64,000 nt of DNA from Candidatus Latescibacterota bacterium (GTDB lineage: Bacteria > Latescibacterota > UBA2968 > UBA8231). The stretch lies in the NCBI GenBank assembly GCA_965223905.1, contig CBDCXV010000010.1, forward strand, positions 2,016,001 to 2,080,000. The letters are read 5' to 3'. This document shows, piece by piece, positions 41,861 to 52,727 of the stretch; positions within the stretch are counted from its first letter, which is position 1; each line of letters starts with the position of its first letter. The notes beneath the pieces are model-generated. The model searched no databases and was not told the DNA's origin. It worked only from the letters and a program-made list of their open reading frames with translations. The translations under genes were made by a program, and so were the position numbers.

Positions 41861-41910
41861 CCGGAGATTCTTGATCGATACAGCACCGGAGATTCTTGAT
41901 CGATACAGCA
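41861..41910. repeat. Perfect 25-bp tandem duplication
   Basis: CCGGAGATTCTTGATCGATACAGCA occurs twice in tandem. Confidence 0.9.
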
Positions 41911-42648
41911 GTGGTTACTCCAGCTGCAAATATAACCTACTGACTGCCGTTTTCCGACCGCCAGCAGATCGTTCAGACGAGTGCGCGCCGAATCGCAGGG
42001 CGCACGGGCCCGTGCTTCTCACCCGCCTGACGGATTGTCGATACTGAACCTTATAATTCCTACTCCTTCGCCATTCATTCAATGAGTAAGCGTCCATGTA
42101 TCGAGGAAGCCGTGGGTAAGACCCTCACTGAGTTCAACCAGTCTCACGGCGAGGAGCCCTACCGCGCCGTGGAGAGAACGAAGTGGTGAAAACGACCTGA
42201 CCAAACGACAGTCGTCCTGCATGTCAACGACAGTCACGTGGGCACACCGCGCTCAAACCGAATTCGTGCGGCAATCAACCAGCCCTCTGGGCGGCCATCA
42301 AACGCCAGGTAGCGCAAATCGACGCATTCGGTCGTCTCATGCAACCTCACAAAATTCCAAGTAATTTCTGCGCAGCCTCCTGAACGGGAGCGCGACGGTA
42401 CAAAATCGAAGCGTCACCAACGTAACAACCGAGAACACCCAGGACGAGGCACCAGAGTATTACCGGCCTTGACTGCTCCAGTGTATCCGGACGCCAAACA
42501 TAGAGAGTGTACGGGACACGGCTCCGGCGTCGATAGCTCCTAAACTGAGCATTCTTGACGGCCGTGGAGCACTGGGATAGGTTTGCGCGTCGGGCAGCAG
42601 TAGTTCCCCCGAATTGAAGCGGGGAACGTGAGTGCCTTGGAGGAGTGA

Positions 42649-43833
42649 TTGCAGATGAACGAGAGCGGGCGTGGCCTTTTCATCCTGATCGGCGGGTTCG
42701 CGCTGTTCGTGACCGCTCACACCATGCAGCTGAGTGTCGCCAGCCTGATCGGCGCTCAGTACGCCCCCGACAAATCGATGGCCACGCTGCCGCTGTTCAC
42801 GGTTATGCTGGGTACGGCTCTGGCTACCGTACCGGCCTCCATGTTGATGAAGTACGTCACCCGTCGGACAGGCTTCATCTGCGGGTCCGTGCTGGCTATC
42901 CTGGGTGCAGGTACAGCCGTCTACGCGGTGCGAGCGGAGAGCTTCTGGCTCTTCATCGTGGGGACGGGACTCATCGGCATGTTCAACGCCTTCTGCCAGC
43001 TCTACCGTTTCGCGGGCGCCGAGCTGGTTCCACCAGAGCGCAAGGGCAAGGCCATCTCCTTCGTGCTCGCAGGCGGCATCCTCGGAGGACTGCTGGGCCC
43101 CAACCTGGAGGCGTTCTCCAGAGGCTGGTTCGAGATCTCCTTTATGGGCCCGTACGTCGTCATCGTCTGCATCGGGTTTCTCAACATCATACTCATGAGC
43201 TTCCTCGACACGGGCAAGCCGCCCGGCCAGCTGGAGGAGCAACCCCAGCGGCCGCTGGGAGAGATCGTCCGGCAGCCCGTCTTCATCGTGGCGGCGATGA
43301 GCGCGATGGTGGCCTTCGGGGTCATGGCCAGCTTCATGGCAGGATCACCGATGATCATCCAGAAGTTCCACCACAGCCACCACCAGGCTACCTCCGCCAT
43401 ATCCATCCACACAATGTTGATGTATACGCCCGCACTCTTCGTCGCAGCCCTCATTGCCCGTTTCGGCGTTCTCAACATCATCGGAACCGGAATCGCCTTC
43501 CAGGCGGCCGGGTTTGTCGTCCTTTATGCGGGCAAGAGCTACACACACTTCATGGTGTTCATGATCCTGCTGGCACTCGGCTGGTCCTTCATGTTCATCG
43601 GCGGCACCGCCCTCGCGACCCGGGCCTACACACCGGTGGAGCGCCCCAAGACGCAGGCCCTCCACGATTGCATGCTCTTCACCTGGGTCGCTGTGTGCGC
43701 CTTGTCCAGCGGCTGGCTGGATCACGCCTTCGGCACCAACGCACTGCCGGTAGCGGCTATCAGCCTCCTGCTACTGACCACCCTGGTCATCTTGCTGTTG
43801 AGGAAACGGGCGGCTGTTGCTACGCCGGCCTGA
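42649..43833 (+). CDS. MFS transporter
   Basis: About 12 hydrophobic segments; YRFAGAE..KGKAISFVLAGG; GGAG RBS. Confidence 0.85.
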   Translation: MQMNESGRGLFILIGGFALFVTAHTMQLSVASLIGAQYAPDKSMATLPLFTVMLGTALATVPASMLMKYVTRRTGFICGSVLAILGAGTAVYAVRAESFWLFIVGTGLIGMFNAFCQLYRFAGAELVPPERKGKAISFVLAGGILGGLLGPNLEAFSRGWFEISFMGPYVVIVCIGFLNIILMSFLDTGKPPGQLEEQPQRPLGEIVRQPVFIVAAMSAMVAFGVMASFMAGSPMIIQKFHHSHHQATSAISIHTMLMYTPALFVAALIARFGVLNIIGTGIAFQAAGFVVLYAGKSYTHFMVFMILLALGWSFMFIGGTALATRAYTPVERPKTQALHDCMLFTWVAVCALSSGWLDHAFGTNALPVAAISLLLLTTLVILLLRKRAAVATPA

Positions 43834-43905
43834 GTGGATCTGCTCGACTCGCCGATCAAGAGCGCGGCCATCGGCTTGTGACCGCGGACACACAGGGTTT
43901 CTGAG

Positions 43906-45210
43906 TCAGCCTATTGCCCCCGGCGTCGACGGCCTGTCCCACAGAGGCTGGTGATGTTGCGCGTCGCCGCCAATGTCGATGGCTTCTTCCACCTGCTGCT
44001 CGCTGAAACGAGACAGGAGGAAGGGTTCGATCGGCACCGGTGGCTCTTTGCCAACAATCAACGCGGTGAGAATTTCGGCTGTAATCGGCGCGTTCAGGAT
44101 GCCCGTCCGGAAGTGCCCGGTGGCATTGAGGTAGCCCCCGCAGCCGTCGACCGGTCCCAGGATGGGCAGCTCGTCCGGGCTGCCGGGCCGGAACCCCGCC
44201 CACACACGCTTAACTCCCACATCATGTAGGAAAGGCAGGCAGCGTACCGCGCCCCGCACCAGGTCGATCATGGCCGAGTATGTGATGCCGTATTCGAATC
44301 CCACGTCCTCGGTGGTGCTGCCGACGATGATCTCGCCGTTACCCTTCTGCGCCAAGTAGCAGTCGCTGGTGGAAACACTGGCCCCCAACACATCGGTGGG
44401 CAGGGTCTCCGTGCAGACGATCTGACCGCGCACGGGATACACGGGAATTCTCAAGCCTGCCGACCTGGAGATTTGATCCGCCCACGCACCGGCCGCATTC
44501 ACTACCCAGTCAGCGTGCAGATGCCCGGCGGGCGTCTCGACTCCTACCACTCTTTCTCCATGGCGGATCAGTCCGGTCACCTCGGTGTGCGTCAGGATCC
44601 TGGCCCCCAATTTGCCAGCTCCGACACGCAAGGCATCGGCGAACTTGTAAGGGTTGAGCTGATTGTCACCGATCATGCGCAGGGCACCGCGGCTGTCCCG
44701 GTTTATCGCCGGCTCCAGTGCCGCGAGGTCGCTGGCTGAGAGCAACTGCATGGACTCCGCCGTGCTGTCATTGCCGGACATCAGCGTCCGGGCAAACATC
44801 TCGTCGGCCTCGTCGAACATGACGAACAATAGGGAGTTTTCTTCGTACTCCACATCGATTCCCGTCACCTGCTCGAGCTCTGCTGCCAGCGGCTTCAACC
44901 GGGCGTTGCTCTCGAGAGAAAAATCCAGGAAGCATTGCGGCAGCGGATCGAGGCCGTGCAGACCATCGCGCTCGATCTTGCCCTCGGCGACGAGGGTTTT
45001 GAAGAAGATCACTCCGCAGCCGAGTCCCATCGACTCGCCCACGGGCCACAGACCGCCGGCCGAGGCCGAGGTGGCGCGGCCGCGCCTGGGTTGGTCCACC
45101 AGCGTTACGGCCAGCCCCCGACGGGCGGCGTAGTAGGCTACGGCGCTGCCGATGACGCCTCCCCCCACGACGAGGAGGCTCGGCGAGTCCTTCACGGACA
45201 TCCCTGTCAT
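43906..45210 (-). CDS. hcnC: FAD-dependent glycine oxidase/DAO family protein, HcnC-like
   Basis: GGGVIG; ASAGGLWPVGESMGLGCGVIFF resembles the HcnC segment as I recall it; GHFRTGIL. Confidence 0.6.
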   Translation of the reverse strand: MTGMSVKDSPSLLVVGGGVIGSAVAYYAARRGLAVTLVDQPRRGRATSASAGGLWPVGESMGLGCGVIFFKTLVAEGKIERDGLHGLDPLPQCFLDFSLESNARLKPLAAELEQVTGIDVEYEENSLLFVMFDEADEMFARTLMSGNDSTAESMQLLSASDLAALEPAINRDSRGALRMIGDNQLNPYKFADALRVGAGKLGARILTHTEVTGLIRHGERVVGVETPAGHLHADWVVNAAGAWADQISRSAGLRIPVYPVRGQIVCTETLPTDVLGASVSTSDCYLAQKGNGEIIVGSTTEDVGFEYGITYSAMIDLVRGAVRCLPFLHDVGVKRVWAGFRPGSPDELPILGPVDGCGGYLNATGHFRTGILNAPITAEILTALIVGKEPPVPIEPFLLSRFSEQQVEEAIDIGGDAQHHQPLWDRPSTPGAIG

Positions 45211-45214
45211 CTCC

Positions 45215-47044
45215 TTATTCAGCGGGAGAACGCGAGGCAGCGTCGCCGAGCTCGATCGGCGGCAGTCGACATCGGGCCAGTGCCCCCATGGTCACCGGCT
45301 TGACCGGGGGTTGCGGGTTGGCGCGCCCGCAAGTTTCAGGGGGACTGGATAGCTTGGCGCTCATGTAGAGGGCGCAGGCAGGCCCGCAGTAGCGTCCCTG
45401 GCAGGGCCCCATGCCAAGACGGGTCGCCAGTTTGACCGACTGCAGATCGCGTGCGCCTCTGCCATCCACGGCCTCATCCACATCGCTGCGACCTACCTCC
45501 TCGCAGCGGCACATGACGGTCTCCTCGTCGGCCAGCTTGGCCAATCCAAGACGCAACCGGGACAGCTCGTCCAGGTAGCGCCTGGGTCGAGCGAGCGAGC
45601 GAAGCTTCTTCATTGGCTTCGCAAGGCGAGCGGCGGCCTCCGCATGTTCGAGCGCGCCCAGTTGTTCAGCTGCGATGATGCCGGCCACGCGTCCCTCCTG
45701 CTCGGCTACCAGCGACCCGGCAACGCCGCTGCTGTCGCCAGCCGCCAGAACACCAGGCACCGTCGTACACATCGACTCATCTCTGACCGGAACCCACCCG
45801 CCCAGCGCTTCGTCGTAGCGGTGCTGGCAGCCCGCGAGAGTGGTTAGCTCGGTGTTGGGTACGAAGCCATAGCCGACGACGAGAAGGTCCACGTCAACGC
45901 GGTTGGATTGCTCGAAGTCTGGCGTCCAATCGGGCAAGTTGACCGGACCGTAAGCGACGCTTTCGACCGCCCCGGCCCCATCGGCTTTGAAGACGACGTG
46001 GTTGTACAACAATGGGATACCGTGGCGGCGCAGACCACTGAAGTAGCCCCAGGCGTCTCTCATTAGATTGCCGTGGCCGAGCAAGGCCCCCGCAGCCCTC
46101 ACCTTGCCGGGCCGTCGACCAGCTTCCAGGACGGCCACGACTTCCACGCCGGAATCCGCGAGCTGGTTGGCGACCACCAGGAGCAATGGACCGGTCCCGG
46201 CAACAAGGGCGCGCTTGCCCGGACGGATCCCCATGGTCTTGACGAGGCTCTGCACACCGCCTGCCGCCATCACCCCCGGTAGTGTCCAGCCTGGAAAGGC
46301 CACCGGTCGGTCATACGCTCCCGTGGCGATGATCAACTTGCTCGTAGCGAGAATCTCGCAGCCGTCGTCGCCGCCGCCACACAGAATCCTCGGAGTTGGA
46401 TCGATCCACACCCCGAGCACCGCTGTGTTCGACATGCGTTCCACCCGGTCGGCACTGGCCTCGAATTCATCGCGCAGGGCCTCGCCTCTGACGAAGTCCT
46501 TGCTTTCTCGGTGTTTTTCCCCAGGGCTGAATTCGCCGGGCATGCAGCGATAGATCTGTCCTCCAAGCGCCGGGGCCTCGTCGACGAGTGTGCATTCCCG
46601 CACACCGGACTTCGCTGCTTCTACTGCCGCGCACATTCCCGCAGGACCGCCGCCGACGATGACGAGCTGTCTCTCGCGGGACGCGGGACCCATCCCGGAC
46701 GGCTCCTCTTGGTCGCCGCTCATGCGGCTGCCGGTGCCGAGCCCAGATACCTCGTTGTTGTCGTTACGGAGTGCCATGCCGTCTCGCACCGGAAGATTGC
46801 ATGTACGCACGTTGGGCCGGCCGTCCACCGTGAGGACGCAATCGAAGCAGTTGCCGATACCGCAGTACGGGCCGCGGGCTTCACCCAGCCGGCTCTTCCT
46901 GAAAGCTCTGACCCCGGCTGCCATAAGCGCCGCGGCGACGCTCTCGCCGCTGAAAGCGCGTATCGGCCTGTCGTCGAGATAGATCGTCATCTCAACACCG
47001 CGAGTTGCGTACCCGTGGATTCGGCTGTTGCGATCCTCATTCAC
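45215..47044 (-). CDS. HcnA-like 2Fe-2S domain fused to an HcnB-like FAD/NAD oxidoreductase
   Basis: CGIGNCFDC..TC, GGGPAG, ATGAYDRP, CRCEE..GMGPCQGRYC. Confidence 0.8.
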   Translation of the reverse strand: MNEDRNSRIHGYATRGVEMTIYLDDRPIRAFSGESVAAALMAAGVRAFRKSRLGEARGPYCGIGNCFDCVLTVDGRPNVRTCNLPVRDGMALRNDNNEVSGLGTGSRMSGDQEEPSGMGPASRERQLVIVGGGPAGMCAAVEAAKSGVRECTLVDEAPALGGQIYRCMPGEFSPGEKHRESKDFVRGEALRDEFEASADRVERMSNTAVLGVWIDPTPRILCGGGDDGCEILATSKLIIATGAYDRPVAFPGWTLPGVMAAGGVQSLVKTMGIRPGKRALVAGTGPLLLVVANQLADSGVEVVAVLEAGRRPGKVRAAGALLGHGNLMRDAWGYFSGLRRHGIPLLYNHVVFKADGAGAVESVAYGPVNLPDWTPDFEQSNRVDVDLLVVGYGFVPNTELTTLAGCQHRYDEALGGWVPVRDESMCTTVPGVLAAGDSSGVAGSLVAEQEGRVAGIIAAEQLGALEHAEAAARLAKPMKKLRSLARPRRYLDELSRLRLGLAKLADEETVMCRCEEVGRSDVDEAVDGRGARDLQSVKLATRLGMGPCQGRYCGPACALYMSAKLSSPPETCGRANPQPPVKPVTMGALARCRLPPIELGDAASRSPAE

Positions 47045-47385
47045 CGCTCGGTGCGACTCCCGCCTGCCTGCCGGCTTTGAAAGGGGATGTAACCAGAACT
47101 CGGTCGATCTCCGAGTGGCGGCAACATCCCGTGGTTACTGTGGTGGCGATCGGGAACGCATACGCGCCATGGCATCGCCTCATTTTCCTTCAACAGGATA
47201 ACTCATGGCACCGTGGGAAGTCCAGAAATTGGGGACCGCGCATTGCCGGCAAATTCGGAGCGGAAACGCGGGGCAACTGCCGGCGCTCCAATTGAGACCG
47301 GCTGCCAACGTTGGTATTATGGTTGTATGCCTGAGCTTTACCTCAAAGTCCATCAGGGTCGTTGTCGATCGCGAGGGATGAGCCT

Positions 47386-49089
47386 GTGAAATTATTAAGC
47401 GGCTGTTTTACCCTGTCTGTATTCGCGTTTAGCGGATGCGGCGAACCGCCGGATGCCATCGTTGCCGATGTGGGTGAGGAAGTCATCAGGGCGTCCTCTC
47501 TTCTCGACTTGGTGGCCGCTCTGCTGCCCGGGCAGCGGACGGACAAAACCGGGGACGAGGCCCGGCGGCACTATCTGCAGATTCTGGTAGACGGTCGCCT
47601 GCTCATTCTGGAGGCACGCAATCGCGGGATCGACACGACACAGGCCGTGGAGAAGGCGGTGAGAGAAGCGGTCGACGAAAAGGTTCGCGCCCTGTACCGT
47701 TCGAAAATGCCGGCCGGTGCCCCGGTAACCGAGGCAGAGATGCGCCAATTTTTCGAGCGCGAGGAATTCGACAAGGAGCGGGAACTGAGCAGGATCGTGG
47801 CGCCGGACCGCGCAAGCATGGACAGGTTGGTCGAGAAGCTCAAGTCCGGAGAGCCTTTCGAGGAGGTCGCCCGGTTCCATTCCATCGACCGACAAACGGC
47901 GCAGCAGGGGGGGAAGCTGGGATACGTCACGCGCCCCGCGCTTGACATGCACCCCGTCCTGGCCAAGCTGCGAATTCCGCCCGACCTGTTCCAGTCGCTG
48001 GCCGAAGGCGAGGTGTCCGTGCCGGTACCGACTACCGGGGGAACCTGGCAGGTGGTTCGCTTCACGGATAGCAGGCCCGCCGAGTTCGAGAAATTCGCAG
48101 GGTTGATCAAAAAGCAAATGAGTAAGCAGCGGCGACTCTGGGCCTACGAGGAACACCTGGAGGTGCTCGAAAACACTTACCGTGTGCGCCTGGACTGGAC
48201 CGGTCTGACGGAACTGATGGAGAGCTACCGTGCGCGGAATCCCGGCGCCCTGGCGGCCAGTTCCACTCCCTTGTACCACTACGATCGAGGGATGGTCACC
48301 GTGGCCGAGGCCAATGAGGCCCTGCGGGCTTTCAACCTCAGAGGGGCCTTCGCTGACACCGCAGAAGCCGAGCACGTGGTTCGGAGCTATGTCATGGGTC
48401 CGCGCCTCATCGAGCTTGCGGCGATGGATGAGGGGCTGTATGAAACCCCGGATATCCGCAGGTTCCGAAAGCAGAAGCGGGAAGCGGTACTGGCCGAACA
48501 AATAAGGAGCCTTGCCATAGCCGACATCGAGGTAACCGAGGAGGAAATCCGGCAGTACTACGACGCCAACCCCGAACTGTTCCGCGACGAGGGATATGCT
48601 CATGTAGAGGAATTGCTGCTGCCGTCCAAAGCCGCAGCCGCGAAAATTCGGGCCCGGATCGCGTCAGGAGAAACATTCACCGATCTTGCAGCCAACGGCC
48701 TGCGCCCCGACCCGCATGGCGACGCCAAGTTTCACCTCCACCCGAAGCACAGGCGGGTCTATCCCAAGTTATGGGCCGCAATCGAGGCAGCGACCGACGG
48801 CGAGTTGACGGGGCCTGTCGAGGTAAAGGGCGGGTACACCCTCTTCCGTGTACTGGAGCGAGTGCCCGAAAGCAAGCAGCCGTATGCCCAGGCGCACCCC
48901 AGAGCGCGCACCCTGCAGCTGCGGCTGCGGCAGGGCGAAGAGTTTGAGGAGCTGATCTCCCGGCTGCGGGAGAAGTACAGGACGCAGGTGGTGGTGCATG
49001 TGGAAAGGCTGACCGTGGCGCTGCCGGACAGCTTGCTTCAGGTTTGGTCGGGGAAGGGAAGCGTGACAATCAGGGGCAATCAGCCATAA
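47386..49089 (+). CDS. PpiC/SurA-type peptidylprolyl isomerase, probable lipoprotein
   Basis: FAFSGC lipobox; FEEVARFHSID..GGKLG; second rotamase-like domain. Start uncertain. Confidence 0.8.
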   Translation: MKLLSGCFTLSVFAFSGCGEPPDAIVADVGEEVIRASSLLDLVAALLPGQRTDKTGDEARRHYLQILVDGRLLILEARNRGIDTTQAVEKAVREAVDEKVRALYRSKMPAGAPVTEAEMRQFFEREEFDKERELSRIVAPDRASMDRLVEKLKSGEPFEEVARFHSIDRQTAQQGGKLGYVTRPALDMHPVLAKLRIPPDLFQSLAEGEVSVPVPTTGGTWQVVRFTDSRPAEFEKFAGLIKKQMSKQRRLWAYEEHLEVLENTYRVRLDWTGLTELMESYRARNPGALAASSTPLYHYDRGMVTVAEANEALRAFNLRGAFADTAEAEHVVRSYVMGPRLIELAAMDEGLYETPDIRRFRKQKREAVLAEQIRSLAIADIEVTEEEIRQYYDANPELFRDEGYAHVEELLLPSKAAAAKIRARIASGETFTDLAANGLRPDPHGDAKFHLHPKHRRVYPKLWAAIEAATDGELTGPVEVKGGYTLFRVLERVPESKQPYAQAHPRARTLQLRLRQGEEFEELISRLREKYRTQVVVHVERLTVALPDSLLQVWSGKGSVTIRGNQP

Positions 49090-49195
49090 CGGGTGAGCCT
49101 CCGGCCAGTCAACCCGAGTTGGGCGGCGGTGCCCGGGGGAACCCCGAGGAAGGCCGAACGAGAACACACCCGCAGGAAAGGATTCATCTGAATCG

Positions 49196-50041
49196 ATGCT
49201 GATCTCACTTACCAAGAAGGAAACGACTTCCTGGCGCATAAGTAACAGACACGTCAAACAGGCGGTGGAGGCGATCGGGCGGGACGGATATGTCGTCATC
49301 GAAAACGCGGTTCCCCATGAGCCCCTCGATATGCTCCGGGAAAAGATGGATGAAGATTCGAAGGTCCTGATCGATCTGAAGCTGTGGGGCGGCGCCGGAG
49401 GTCTCAAAGGTCACCTCCAACAGGGACCGCCTCCGTTCGCTCCCTTTGTTTTTCGCGAGATTGTGGCCAATCCCATGGTAATCCAGGTCAACACCGCGCT
49501 CCTGGGCGAGGGGATCTTCAACAGCTTTTACAACGGCAATACCAATTGTCCCGGAAGCGGGACCCAGCCGTTGCACCGGGACGGACCCCATCTGTGGCCG
49601 GGTCACGAGCCCGCCCACCCAACCGCGTGCGTGGCAGTGAATATCTCTCCGCTCGATGTGACGGAGGAGAACGGGGCAGTGGAGCTGTGGCCGGGCACGC
49701 ATCTGCACAGCTTCCCGGAAACCGTGATCGACAAGGAAACCGAAAAGACGCAAAGGAAGGTCTCTCCCCCGGTAAGCGGGTGCGCGAAAAAAGGAAGCGT
49801 GCTCATCCGGGATGTGCGGCTCTGGCATAGAGGGGTGCCGAATCGTTCGGATCGGCCGCGGCATATGATCGCCCTGGTCCACTGCATCTCCTGGTACCGG
49901 AATCGCGGACCGCTGAGGTTCAATACCGGGTGTGAAGCTGCCTTTCCCGATGATTGCGGCTTGAATCACAATGCGGAATTCACTGAGGATTCGATCGACT
50001 ATCTGTTTCTGAATCGGGCTGAAAGTGGAAAGAAAAGGTGA
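49196..50041 (+). CDS. PhyH-family dioxygenase
   Basis: QPLHRD, WPGTH, RLWHRG. Confidence 0.88.
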   Translation: MLISLTKKETTSWRISNRHVKQAVEAIGRDGYVVIENAVPHEPLDMLREKMDEDSKVLIDLKLWGGAGGLKGHLQQGPPPFAPFVFREIVANPMVIQVNTALLGEGIFNSFYNGNTNCPGSGTQPLHRDGPHLWPGHEPAHPTACVAVNISPLDVTEENGAVELWPGTHLHSFPETVIDKETEKTQRKVSPPVSGCAKKGSVLIRDVRLWHRGVPNRSDRPRHMIALVHCISWYRNRGPLRFNTGCEAAFPDDCGLNHNAEFTEDSIDYLFLNRAESGKKR

Positions 50042-50083
50042 AGGGTTGAGGGCGATGGACTCACGGGAAATGGAAACTGAAGG

Positions 50084-50914
50084 ATGACGGCGCCCAAGGG
50101 GTGGATTCCCGCCGAGGGCAGTCTGACAGGGATTTCGGAAAAATTCCCACGGCCTCTCGAGGCGCTGGTGGCGGGCGAGACACCCGGAATCGTACTGCGC
50201 GAGGCCTTCGATCCGGATCACTGCGCCGGACTCGTGAAGCGGCTCTACGAACGCGGCCTGGCATACGACCCCCGGCCAGCCGGGGACGGAGAGCGCCCCG
50301 TTTACGTCGGTCCCCATCTGGCGGGGCTGAATGCCGACCCGGAGAAGTTCTTCGCCTGTGCCGCCGACACTCACCGGCTGTTCAAGAGCCTGTTCGACGG
50401 GTGCGACGATCCGGTGAAGACCTTTTACGATGCCCTGTCAGGCCTGGCGCCCGACAAGCGGGTGATGACCGCCCGCGAGCCGGATGGACGCCTCTACGGA
50501 CCGGCGGTCTTCCGCATCTACTATTCCGGCGCCGGACACGGACCGCACTTCGACTCCGTGGCCAAGCGGCAGAAGTTGTTCAACTATCAGGTGTCGAGGT
50601 TCCGGAACCAGTTGGCAGGCGTGATGTGCTTTCAGAACTCCGAGCAGGAAGGGGAGTGCGGAGAGCCTTTCCTCTACAACTGCCCTTGGACTCCCGCGGT
50701 GCAGAGATACATAACTGAAGGCATGTTCGGGAAGTACGCCGCCGAGCGGAGCATCCCCCGGGTTCAGATTGAGCTCGAGCCGGGCGACCTGTACTTCTTC
50801 TTCTCCGAAAACATCCACGAAGTACCTGCCGTTACGGGAGAGAGACCGCGTATTGTGCTTGCGGCTTTCTTCGGCATGTCCCCCGACGACGAGGAGATTT
50901 TCGTCTGGTCGTGA
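50084..50914 (+). CDS. 2OG-Fe(II) oxygenase-like protein
   Basis: HFD...GDLYFF..HEV...RI. Confidence 0.7.
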   Translation: MTAPKGWIPAEGSLTGISEKFPRPLEALVAGETPGIVLREAFDPDHCAGLVKRLYERGLAYDPRPAGDGERPVYVGPHLAGLNADPEKFFACAADTHRLFKSLFDGCDDPVKTFYDALSGLAPDKRVMTAREPDGRLYGPAVFRIYYSGAGHGPHFDSVAKRQKLFNYQVSRFRNQLAGVMCFQNSEQEGECGEPFLYNCPWTPAVQRYITEGMFGKYAAERSIPRVQIELEPGDLYFFFSENIHEVPAVTGERPRIVLAAFFGMSPDDEEIFVWS

Positions 50915-50961
50915 TCGGGCAGCTGTCGCGTTGAGGCAAAACCCTCACCAAGGAAAGACAC

Positions 50962-52059
50962 ATGAGGATCAAGAAAGTCGAGACCTTCCAGATCGAAACC
51001 CCGCGCTATTACCAGGAACACCCGGTCAAAACGGGGGAATCGACAGGCCACGTCGTTGTCAAGCTTCAGGTCGATGACGGGCTCGTGGGACTGGGGGAGG
51101 CGCCGGACAGCCGGGCGGATGACCTGGGCGCCATCGCAGGGCGCTACAACGAACTGCTGGTCGGACGCGACGCCACCCGGATTACGGAGATCAACGAATT
51201 CCTGCGGACGCAGGACTTCGCAAGCACGGTCAGCAATTCACACCTGACCGCGGCCATCGACCTGGCTCTCTACGACCTCAACGGCAAACTGCAGGGAGTG
51301 CCGGCCTATCATTTACTGGGCGGAAAAATGCGGGAAAATGTGTACTTCTGTTATCCGATCATCGGGGAACACCTGCAGGGAGGGTTCGAGCGGAACGCCA
51401 GCTACCTGCAGCGGCTGGTCGACCTGGGGCATCACCTTTTTCGCTACTACATCTCGGGCGACAGCGACCTGGACGACCGTTTTTTAAGCGAGATGAAAGC
51501 ACGCTTCGGTGAGAAAATCCGGCTCAAAGCCATCGATTTCAGCGGGAGTTTCCCCGATTGGGAGACCGCCCTGCGCTACGCCGACGCGTTGCGTCACCAC
51601 GATCCCTACAACTTCGAGCAGCCGTCGAACGACCTGCGGGTGTGCGCCGATTTCGTCAAGCGGGTGGACGTGCCGGTGAGTCAGCATATCCGCAGCCTGG
51701 AGGAAGGCTACGAGGCGATCGAGCGGGGCGCCTGCACCGTCCTCAACCTGGCGTGGATCTGGTGGGGGCCGACCTACGTTCGCCGCATGTTCGCGCTGGC
51801 GGAAGCCGCTGGTTTCAAGACGTTCCTTTCCACCGATCAGGATTCCACCGTCGGGACGGCCGGGGCCGTTCACCTCGGGGTTTCGGTTCCCAACCTCGAC
51901 CTCCCTTCCGATCCGGCCGGCCCCCTGCTGTATACGGTTTCGCCGGCCAGGGAGCGCATCCGCACCGAGAACAGCCACCTGTATCCGCCGCAAGGCCCCG
52001 GGCTTGGAGTCGAGCTGGACGAGGACAGGATGAGAGAGCTGACGGTGGCCTCTGCGTGA
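50962..52059 (+). CDS. Mandelate racemase/muconate lactonizing enzyme family protein
   Basis: GLGEA, AAIDLALYDL.GK..GVP..LLGG, EQP, GPGLGVELD. Confidence 0.85.
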   Translation: MRIKKVETFQIETPRYYQEHPVKTGESTGHVVVKLQVDDGLVGLGEAPDSRADDLGAIAGRYNELLVGRDATRITEINEFLRTQDFASTVSNSHLTAAIDLALYDLNGKLQGVPAYHLLGGKMRENVYFCYPIIGEHLQGGFERNASYLQRLVDLGHHLFRYYISGDSDLDDRFLSEMKARFGEKIRLKAIDFSGSFPDWETALRYADALRHHDPYNFEQPSNDLRVCADFVKRVDVPVSQHIRSLEEGYEAIERGACTVLNLAWIWWGPTYVRRMFALAEAAGFKTFLSTDQDSTVGTAGAVHLGVSVPNLDLPSDPAGPLLYTVSPARERIRTENSHLYPPQGPGLGVELDEDRMRELTVASA

Positions 52060-52727
52060 CTTCTCGATGGACGGTTTTCCGGCGCTTCGGCGGATCTGAA
52101 GGTACGACTCTTCCAGCCTGAAGCGAAAGCGTTTTAACGGGGGAATCGATCCGCCCTCTTCCCGGCGGAGGGGGCAGTGCCCGCCATGCGCATGGTCACC
52201 GGCCTGTGGTATGCTGCGGCGGTTTCCGGCGGCGTAACGGACCGGCATCCCCCCCCTGCGGAGAGAAAATGAAGCCGAGTACACCCCTCAAACGGGCCGC
52301 TGGGGTTACGGCAGTCCTGGTCGGCCTTCCCGTGGCCGGTGCAGAGATCCCGCTCCTCGGCAGTCCCCCGAGGCGGTGGGACCGCCGGTCGAGGCGGATC
52401 TCTGCGGTACGGAGCAGCAGGTTGCCGGGCAGTTGGTGGACTCTTAGGGGCGGACCGGGAAACCCCCGGGGACGCGCGGGCGCGGGCGGCGCGGGCGGCG
52501 GGCTACGAAGCATACGGCGTGGTGCGTTCGGCGCGTCTCAGCTACGCCCAGGCGGCGCCCGCCTCTATTGGTGGAACCGAACTCCATCCTCCCGGCCAGC
52601 TTGCAAAGCAACCCGGAGGGAAAGAGTGCGAGGAGGTAGCGGGGAAGAGCGAGCTGTCGACCTCGAAGACCTTGTCTTCAAGGCCCGCCCTCAGCGAGGC
52701 GATCCCCAATGGCGCCCGTTTCGAGGA

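Noticed and set aside
41861-41910. CRISPR array
   Set aside because: Only two adjacent copies, no spacer and no cas genes.
42082-42189. 35-codon ORF or structured RNA upstream of the MFS gene
   Set aside because: No RBS, recognisable riboswitch consensus or terminator found.
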